Source: a virus
Taxonomy: Duplodnaviria > Caudoviricetes
Length of the DNA: 64,000 nt
Direction: 5' to 3' (one strand)
Virus record (IMG/VR): IMGVR_UViG_3300030419_004954
Location: 440-64,439 of that record
Made by a program: the position numbers and the translations under genes. Below are positions 57,672 to 64,000 of this stretch, in pieces (position 1 is the stretch's first letter; every line of letters starts with the position of its first letter). Under the pieces are notes generated by a model. It was given only the letters and a program-made list of their open reading frames with translations. It had not been told where the DNA came from and ran no database searches.

Positions 57672-59501
57672 ATGTCTATTATACAAACTCTCACAGAAGG
57701 GATGGTCCAACGCGATATGCGTAAAGAAGGCGAAGCTCTTTTGAATAAGTGGGGCCAAACTGGTCTCCTTGAGGGTCTTACCGATGAGCGTGAACGTTCA
57801 TCAATGGCCCGACTTTTGGAAAACCAAGCAAAAGAACTTCTTCGCGAAGCGTCTTCTATGACCGCTGGCGATGTTGACGGTTTTGCTGCTGTTGCTTTCC
57901 CTATCGTTCGTCGTGTATTCGCCGGACTTATTGCTAACGATCTTGTTAGCGTTCAACCAATGAGCCTTCCATCAGGTCTCATTTTCTTCCTTGACTTCTC
58001 GTTTGGTGACGAGCAGAACGGAAGAACCGCAAGCTCTCCTCGTATGGGTAACACCGCCGATGGTACTGCTTCTATTTATGGTGGTAATCAACTTGCTTCT
58101 GGTATCGCTGATGGCGTTAGCCTTGTTGGTGCGACCTACAAAGAAGACCTTTCCGGTCCTCGCACAACTGTTGGTTATGCTTACGCATCTCCATCTGGCT
58201 CTAACGATGGTAACATTACTCAAGCCCACATTACAGTTAACGCTGCTTTCTTGTGTAACGGTGCTGTAACTGATGCTAATGCTAAGTTCATTGAATTTGA
58301 TGCTGATCTTCTTGCTAGCACTGATAGCTCTATTGGTGTTGTTGTGTTTGAGGTTGATGAAGCCGAAATGGCAAGTGCTAACGGTGTTGGCGAAATCGAC
58401 TTCGACAACATGGGTGCTTTCCAAATCAGTTCTACTGCTCTTGCTACTCTTGATGCAGTTATCGATGCTGCTGGTGCTAACTTCAACGCTCAAATTCGTC
58501 GTTTAACACGTCGTGTTGCTGCTGCTGATTCTGGTACTGGTAACGCTGCTACTCGTTTTGTCTGTGTTATTGCTGGTGGTTCTTTGACCGCAGGTGATAC
58601 TACTGTATCTTCTGGTACTGCTATCGGTACTGGTGAATTGAGTTATCCTGCTAAGGACCTCTTCACTGCTTCTGGTTCACCTGTTGGTGCTATTGATGGA
58701 TACAGCATGCTTCTTGAAGGCAACGCTGCTATTCCAGAAATCGACATCAAAGTTGATTCAATCGCTATCACAGCCGAAACTAAAAAGTTGAAAGCCAAGT
58801 GGACTCCAGAATTGGGTCAAGACTTGAATGCTTACCACAACTTGGATGCTGAAGTAGAGCTTACTTCTATCCTCTCTGAGCAAATTGCTCTTGAGATCGA
58901 TCGTGAAATCATCGCTGACCTCGTTATTGGTGCTACTGCTGCTACCTATTACTGGTCACGTTCTCCGGGTCTCTTTGTAAATCGTGAAACTGGTGCCGAA
59001 CTTGGCGCAACTTCTGCTGTTCCTGATTTCACTGGTACTGTTTCTGAATGGTACGAGACCCTTATTGAAACCATTAACGATGTTTCTGCTCAAATTCACA
59101 GAAAGACACTTCGTGGTGGTGCTAACTTTGTTGTTTGCTCTCCAGCAGTTGCAAACATTCTTGAGTTCACCGCAGGTTTCCGTGCTAATGTTACCGCTGA
59201 CGCTGATAAAGGCGAAATCGGTGCTGTTAAGGTTGGCTCACTTAACCGTAAATTCGACGTAATCGTTGATCCTTACTTCCCACAAGGACTCGTTCTTGTT
59301 GGTCGCCGTGGTTCTTCATTCCTCGAAAGCGGATATGTGTACGCTCCTTACGTGCCTCTCCAAGTAACACCTACCATCTTCGGTCCAGAGGACTTCGTTC
59401 CTCGTAAAGGCGTAATGACTCGTTACGCTAAGAAGATGGTTCGTCCAGATATGTACGGTGTTGTTATCATCCGTGGTCTCCTTGGTGAGTCTGGTTCCTA
59501 G
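57672..59501 (+). CDS. gp23: Major capsid protein (T4 gp23-like)
   Basis: KW..TGLLEGL, PIVRRVF...VSVQPMSLPSGLIF, KKLKAKWTPELGQDLNAYH.LDAEVEL, YAPYVPL and GVMTRYA motifs. Confidence 0.95.
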   Translation: MSIIQTLTEGMVQRDMRKEGEALLNKWGQTGLLEGLTDERERSSMARLLENQAKELLREASSMTAGDVDGFAAVAFPIVRRVFAGLIANDLVSVQPMSLPSGLIFFLDFSFGDEQNGRTASSPRMGNTADGTASIYGGNQLASGIADGVSLVGATYKEDLSGPRTTVGYAYASPSGSNDGNITQAHITVNAAFLCNGAVTDANAKFIEFDADLLASTDSSIGVVVFEVDEAEMASANGVGEIDFDNMGAFQISSTALATLDAVIDAAGANFNAQIRRLTRRVAAADSGTGNAATRFVCVIAGGSLTAGDTTVSSGTAIGTGELSYPAKDLFTASGSPVGAIDGYSMLLEGNAAIPEIDIKVDSIAITAETKKLKAKWTPELGQDLNAYHNLDAEVELTSILSEQIALEIDREIIADLVIGATAATYYWSRSPGLFVNRETGAELGATSAVPDFTGTVSEWYETLIETINDVSAQIHRKTLRGGANFVVCSPAVANILEFTAGFRANVTADADKGEIGAVKVGSLNRKFDVIVDPYFPQGLVLVGRRGSSFLESGYVYAPYVPLQVTPTIFGPEDFVPRKGVMTRYAKKMVRPDMYGVVIIRGLLGESGS

Positions 59502-59527
59502 ATAGCACTTTAAGCAAAATGCTTTTT

Positions 59528-59558
59528 AAGCCCTCGGTCTTCGGATCGGGGGCTTTTT
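59528..59558 (+). terminator. Rho-independent terminator after the capsid gene (UUCG loop)
   Basis: AAGCCCTCGGTC-TTCG-GATCGGGGGCTT followed by a T-run. Confidence 0.9.
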
Positions 59559-59570
59559 CTATTTTAATAA

Positions 59571-59578
59571 ACTACTTA
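59571..59578 (+). promoter_or_regulatory. Putative late promoter variant ACTACTTA
   Basis: Just downstream of the capsid terminator, where transcription would have to re-initiate. Confidence 0.6.
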
Positions 59579-59631
59579 CTATTGTTAGGGCAGTTAGCCC
59601 ACGATATTATTCTATTAAGGAGAATTTAATT

Positions 59632-60102
59632 ATGGCTAAAGTAGGAAGAGCGGCTTATATCGCAAGTCGTCAAAGAATTGAGACATTGGGAAATGGAACT
59701 AGTGCCGCCACTGCCAAAACAATCGCAAAAGCAGAAACTGGTGAACTTTATTTCATTGATCACAACCATGCTAGTGAACTATTGATTACACTACCACCAA
59801 AACAAGATGGCGCATATTTCAAATTTGTATTGAAGACTAATCTAACGGCTAATGGAACTATTAAGATTACCTCTTCCGAAGAAGTCGATGGCGATATGGT
59901 TGGTTCTGTTTTTGTACAGGTAACCGGTGGCTCAAATGCTGACTCTGCCGTGCAGCAAGATGATGATGCAGATCACCAACTTACGTTATCCGACGATGTT
60001 CATCAAGGTTCTTACTTGGAATGTTATTGCGACGGAACAACATGGATCATGACTGGTCATCTTAATGCTGATGCCGTTGGCGCAGCAGCGTTTGGAACTT
60101 GA
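59632..60102 (+). CDS. Putative capsid decoration protein
   Basis: 156 aa gene following the capsid gene; ITLP...G..FKFV...YCDGTTW resembles the C-terminal domain of the 48.9-52.8 kb fibre proteins; SD AAGGAG. Confidence 0.45.
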   Translation: MAKVGRAAYIASRQRIETLGNGTSAATAKTIAKAETGELYFIDHNHASELLITLPPKQDGAYFKFVLKTNLTANGTIKITSSEEVDGDMVGSVFVQVTGGSNADSAVQQDDDADHQLTLSDDVHQGSYLECYCDGTTWIMTGHLNADAVGAAAFGT

Positions 60103-60114
60103 TAGAGGTAACTA

Positions 60115-60468
60115 ATGGGTCGCAGATCTAAAAGAAAAAGGCTTTTACTAAAAAAACACAGACTCTTGGGGATTGAGTTAGATTCCCAAGAGGCTTCTCG
60201 TGTTGGGCTTGGTTATTTGCTCGAAGAACAAGAAGCAGCCAAAGCAGCGGAACAAGCAAAACTTGAAGCAGAAGCCAAAGCGAAAGCAGAAGCCAAAGCG
60301 AAAGCAGAAGCCAAAGCGAAAGCAGAAGCAGAGGCTAAAGCAAAGGCTGCCGCTGAAGCTAAAAAGAAAAAGGATGCTGAAGCCGCTGCAAAGAAGAAGG
60401 CGGCTGCTCAAGCGAAGAAGAAGACACCTGCTAGAAAGAAAGCAGCAGCAAAAAAGTCTGATAAATAA
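60115..60468 (+). CDS. Basic Lys/Ala-rich (histone H1/TolA-like low-complexity) protein
   Basis: AEAKAK repeats, KKKTPARKKAAAKK tail, basic N-terminus; SD GAGG. Confidence 0.6.
   Translation: MGRRSKRKRLLLKKHRLLGIELDSQEASRVGLGYLLEEQEAAKAAEQAKLEAEAKAKAEAKAKAEAKAKAEAEAKAKAAAEAKKKKDAEAAAKKKAAAQAKKKTPARKKAAAKKSDK
60268..60329 (+). repeat. 18 nt tandem repeat (GCAGAAGCCAAAGCGAAA x3 plus a partial copy)
   Basis: Exact units at 60268, 60286 and 60304, each encoding AEAKAK. Confidence 0.9.
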
Positions 60469-60493
60469 TAACAGGAAACTTGCCCCTCTTCTA

Positions 60494-60501
60494 ACTATTT
60501 A
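60494..60501 (+). promoter_or_regulatory. Putative late promoter motif ACTATTTA (neck gene)
   Basis: Intergenic copy upstream of SD GGAGG. Confidence 0.65.
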
Positions 60502-60522
60502 CTATGATCGGAGGGTTCATGC

Positions 60523-61767
60523 ATGTCATTTCCAACTTTAACACCAGCGTCTCAGACATCAGCAATCGTTCTTCCTGTAACAGGTACGCACAGTGATGTA
60601 TTATCTTCATTACCCTTTAGTATTTATACATCAAGTGCTTTTATATCTGGTGCTGTGGATCAGGTTGCTTATACTTACCGTAAGCTTGGTGGGGATGTAC
60701 TTGATCTTGAAATCAAGGCCGAAAATGTCTACGCCAACTACGAGGAAGCAGTTCTTGAGTATTCTTACCTCGTTAATTTACATCAAGCAAAAAATATTCT
60801 TGGTTCTTCCCTTGGAAACCCAACAGCATCGTTCAACCAAGACGGATCAATAACAGAGGGCCAATCTGGGTCTATCGAACTTAGATATCCTAAATTTAAA
60901 TTCGATTACGCGGTTAAGATTGGACAACAGTTTTCAAACGAAGCTGGGTTCGGAGGTACTACTCCTATATACTCAGCGTCTTTCTATACAACCGCTAGTA
61001 AACAAGATTACGATTTGCAAGCGATTATTGCCTCAAACGCTGCGGCAGGTGGTGTTCCTTATGAAGATATAGACACCAACAAGAGGGTTCGAATCCGAGA
61101 GGTATTCTATGTCTCTCCTCGACAGATGTGGAGATTCTATGGATACTATGGTGGCCTTAATGTTGTGGGTAACCTCCAGACATATGGGCAGTATGCTGAC
61201 GACTCAACTTGGCAGATAATTCCGGTGTGGCAGAACAAGCTTCAGGCCATGGCCTTTGAAGACCATTTATACACCAGAACTTCTCACTATTCGTATGAAA
61301 TTATAAACAACAACCTTCGTTTGTATCCAGACCCCGATGCACAATCACCGAGTCAATTTTGGTTCAGATTCTCAATAAATGAGAACAGTTGGGATGATGA
61401 ATATGATGATGGCCAATTGGGTGTAAACAATATGAATACACTTCCGTTTGAGAACATCCCATATAAAAACATCAATTCTATTGGTAAACAATGGATTCGC
61501 AGATTTGCACTTGCGCTTAGTAAAGAAACACTCGGACAGGTTCGTTCTAAATTTGGTAATAATGTTCCAATCCCCGGTGATAATGTAACACTTAATGGCT
61601 CCGACCTCATGTCTCAGGCCAAAGAGGAACAAAACGCGCTGCGTACAGAATTGAAAGAACAATTGGAAGCAATGACTTACGACAAACTTATCGAGACAGA
61701 TAAAAACATTGTTAACAATACAAACGAAATACAGAGAAACATACCCACAGGCATTTTTGTAGGATAG
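60523..61767 (+). CDS. Neck / head-tail connector protein (T4 gp13-like)
   Basis: YRKLGGDVLDLEI...EEAVLEY and WIRRFALALSKETLGQVRSKF...IPGDNVTLNGSDL...AKEE motifs. Confidence 0.75.
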   Translation: MSFPTLTPASQTSAIVLPVTGTHSDVLSSLPFSIYTSSAFISGAVDQVAYTYRKLGGDVLDLEIKAENVYANYEEAVLEYSYLVNLHQAKNILGSSLGNPTASFNQDGSITEGQSGSIELRYPKFKFDYAVKIGQQFSNEAGFGGTTPIYSASFYTTASKQDYDLQAIIASNAAAGGVPYEDIDTNKRVRIREVFYVSPRQMWRFYGYYGGLNVVGNLQTYGQYADDSTWQIIPVWQNKLQAMAFEDHLYTRTSHYSYEIINNNLRLYPDPDAQSPSQFWFRFSINENSWDDEYDDGQLGVNNMNTLPFENIPYKNINSIGKQWIRRFALALSKETLGQVRSKFGNNVPIPGDNVTLNGSDLMSQAKEEQNALRTELKEQLEAMTYDKLIETDKNIVNNTNEIQRNIPTGIFVG

Positions 61768-61770
61768 AAA

Positions 61771-64000
61771 ATGAAAATCAAAGTAAAACTAAAAGAGAAC
61801 AAGCAACTCGTTCAAGAAATCACCGAAGAAGAATATGAATTTGTCGAGGAGGCATTGGAGATTCCTGTTGAGGATTTGCCTTATTCAAACATCTTTGGAA
61901 ATAAATACCGAATCATTCGTGAGTTTGGAACTCTCAGCGATGGGAATCCTTTTGGAAAAATGATAAAGAGATTGGGTGAGTTCGGGTGGAACCTTGCAGA
62001 GCACGAGGGCGATAAAGCCATTGAACTATACAAAGAATACACATTGATAAAACCCAATCCTAAATACGGTCAAGACTCAATAGAAGGACAATACATTAGA
62101 AATCCTCAGTATGTAAAGATGACTCTCCAAAAGCTTATTCAGAAAATGAATGCCTTTGCTACAAAGGGTGTAACCTCAATGTTTGCAAAGAGGCAGAATG
62201 TCACTAAAAGAAACTATGAAGACCAAAATGCTTTAAGAGATAAACTTCGAGCCAAATCCCCAGATGGGACAATTAAAGGCGAACTGACAGATGAATACAA
62301 AGAGGGATTAGCAGCTCTTGATAAGAAATATGGGCTTCCAGCAAGAGCATTGGTCGCCAAAATGAGAACAGGGATTAATCTTTACTTTGGCCGCACTTCT
62401 GGAATGACTTATGAAGTACTAGCTATGAAGAATCGCTCACGAGTCGAGGACTTATTAGAGGACCTTGAAGAGTATTCTAAATTGATAAGCGACGAAAGGG
62501 AGATGTATCAAATACAATCTAACTTTGACAGACTTTTTGAGCCCACTTATGTGATCTACTCAAGACATCCAGTTGATGTGTTCCGTATGTCTGACTTCGT
62601 TCAGGTTCAATCATGCCACTCTCCACCCTCTAGAAAGGGAGACATGCGGGGTTTTGACGAGTATAACATTTGTGCTCTTGCCGAGGCTTATGCGAATGGT
62701 ATGATTGCTTATGCTGTCCCAGCAAAATCATTTGAGGACGTGGATCTTGAGCCCACACAAGAGTCTCTTGATGAAATCGGTGAGGATGAATTGTTCTGGG
62801 ATGAGGAAAGAGGGGAAGGCCAAGTTGAACCTGTTGCTCGTGTGAGGATTAGAAATGTTGCTTTTACAGACCGCGAGACAGGAGAAATAACACGGGTTGC
62901 CGTTCCAGACCAAAAGACTTATGGTAAGCCTCCTGCTAACTTTAACACTTATGTTCGCAACTTTGTTGCTGCCGCACAAAGACAAGAGATCAACCAGATC
63001 GCCAACTCCGATGCTGTTGATAGGTTTGATGATGGCGACATTAACATTCCGCTTGAAAACTTTGAAAGGTTTGGTGGAAGTTATGAAGATGGTGGAGCGG
63101 CTGTTAGAGACAACATGCCTCTCATGTTTGCGAGTGCTCTCAATATACCAGCAGCAAAGATAACAATGCCCGGCAATCTTACCTACGATCACACACTTCA
63201 GAGGGAGCTAAAAGACAGATTTCAAACAGGCTTGAGTCAAGAAGATCTAGACCAAATGGTTAATAGACAAGCTGCTGACTTAGGCGGTCCCGGTCGATAT
63301 AAAGTAACCGCAACCGCATACTTGAGTGATGATTACCATCCAATCATGGACTCGATTGATGTTATAGCCTATGCTGTGCTTCCAATGACGGATGACGAAC
63401 TTAGAGAAAACTACACCGACATCGCAGATATGTTTGAAGCACATAGTGATTCTTTTGCCGTTTGGTTTAATGACGATCAAATTTATCCTGATAATATAAT
63501 TCCAATGTATTCTGGCCAAGGTCGCGGAGCCAAGCCTGTCCTTGAACTTGGTTTTCAAAATCTTCAATTCAACATGTCTGAGGCTGGTATGAATCTATAC
63601 ATTACGGATGAGGACAGTGCAAGAGAGATACTACAAACCATTGGCGACTCCCCTAGAAACGGCGGTTTTGGTTTTGATCTTTATACAGATCCTTATGTTG
63701 AGGATGGCTTTGATGCTATTGCTAAGAGCATTTTAGATGTATCTCAGTATGGTACAGGTGAAGAGTTCTTTCTCACCCGCCTCTTTAACAAACATCTGAA
63801 CCCCGATAGGTCTATTGGAGATTGGCAACCCGTACAAGTTGAGCTTGAGTATCATGACTACACCAATGTGGAATACTATAAAGAGGCAGAGTTTGAAACC
63901 TACATAGAAATAGACACGGAGTGGATGCTGGAAGCAGGATTAACACCAGAACAAGTGGGCCTTTTTATCCTTGCTATAAACCAGCATGATCTAGTTAAGA
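61771..64000 (+). CDS. Large acidic hypothetical protein, truncated by the window end (missed by the ORF track)
   Basis: Frame from ATG 61771 (MKIKVKLKENKQLVQEITEEE...) appears open to the window end, ~743 codons; contains IYSRHPVDVFRMSD....QSCHS. Confidence 0.75.
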   Translation, partial: MKIKVKLKENKQLVQEITEEEYEFVEEALEIPVEDLPYSNIFGNKYRIIREFGTLSDGNPFGKMIKRLGEFGWNLAEHEGDKAIELYKEYTLIKPNPKYGQDSIEGQYIRNPQYVKMTLQKLIQKMNAFATKGVTSMFAKRQNVTKRNYEDQNALRDKLRAKSPDGTIKGELTDEYKEGLAALDKKYGLPARALVAKMRTGINLYFGRTSGMTYEVLAMKNRSRVEDLLEDLEEYSKLISDEREMYQIQSNFDRLFEPTYVIYSRHPVDVFRMSDFVQVQSCHSPPSRKGDMRGFDEYNICALAEAYANGMIAYAVPAKSFEDVDLEPTQESLDEIGEDELFWDEERGEGQVEPVARVRIRNVAFTDRETGEITRVAVPDQKTYGKPPANFNTYVRNFVAAAQRQEINQIANSDAVDRFDDGDINIPLENFERFGGSYEDGGAAVRDNMPLMFASALNIPAAKITMPGNLTYDHTLQRELKDRFQTGLSQEDLDQMVNRQAADLGGPGRYKVTATAYLSDDYHPIMDSIDVIAYAVLPMTDDELRENYTDIADMFEAHSDSFAVWFNDDQIYPDNIIPMYSGQGRGAKPVLELGFQNLQFNMSEAGMNLYITDEDSAREILQTIGDSPRNGGFGFDLYTDPYVEDGFDAIAKSILDVSQYGTGEEFFLTRLFNKHLNPDRSIGDWQPVQVELEYHDYTNVEYYKEAEFETYIEIDTEWMLEAGLTPEQVGLFILAINQHDLVK

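Noticed and set aside
502-63567. The many short minus-strand and nested plus-strand ORFs in the track
   Set aside because: All overlap long, motif-supported + strand genes and are shadow frames; none shows a recognisable motif or convincing RBS
1-64000. Alternative genetic code (stop-codon reassignment)
   Set aside because: Genes are full-length and tightly packed under the standard code; TAA, TAG and TGA all end real genes

Overview
This is a 64 kb, densely coded segment of a large T4-like (myovirus/jumbo-type) phage genome, with all real genes on the + strand in the standard genetic code. Gene order: baseplate/tail module (spike, a 2561 aa protein with a PG-binding domain, gp25, gp6, LamG wedge protein, split tail-collar-like genes; ~1-32.6 kb); a sigma70-promoted DNA-metabolism island (RuvC, primase, two small lipoproteins, thioredoxin, fused SbcD-SbcC; 33.3-39.1 kb); a putative lysis cassette; and the head module (terminase, portal, prohead protease, ribosomal protein bS21, six fibre/decoration genes, scaffold, major capsid protein, neck protein), followed by a large ORF running off the end. 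Notable signals are a phage-specific late promoter motif (ACTA[T/C/A]TTA), a [S/T]-[G/A/S]-S tripeptide concentrated in predicted virion-surface proteins, capsid-targeting-like N-terminal leaders on orphan proteins (one GNAT-like), a structured 5' leader, an H-type pseudoknot, and three ORFs missed by the track. Product calls come from motif recognition by eye; no database searches were run. No tRNA, CRISPR array, intron or intein was seen.
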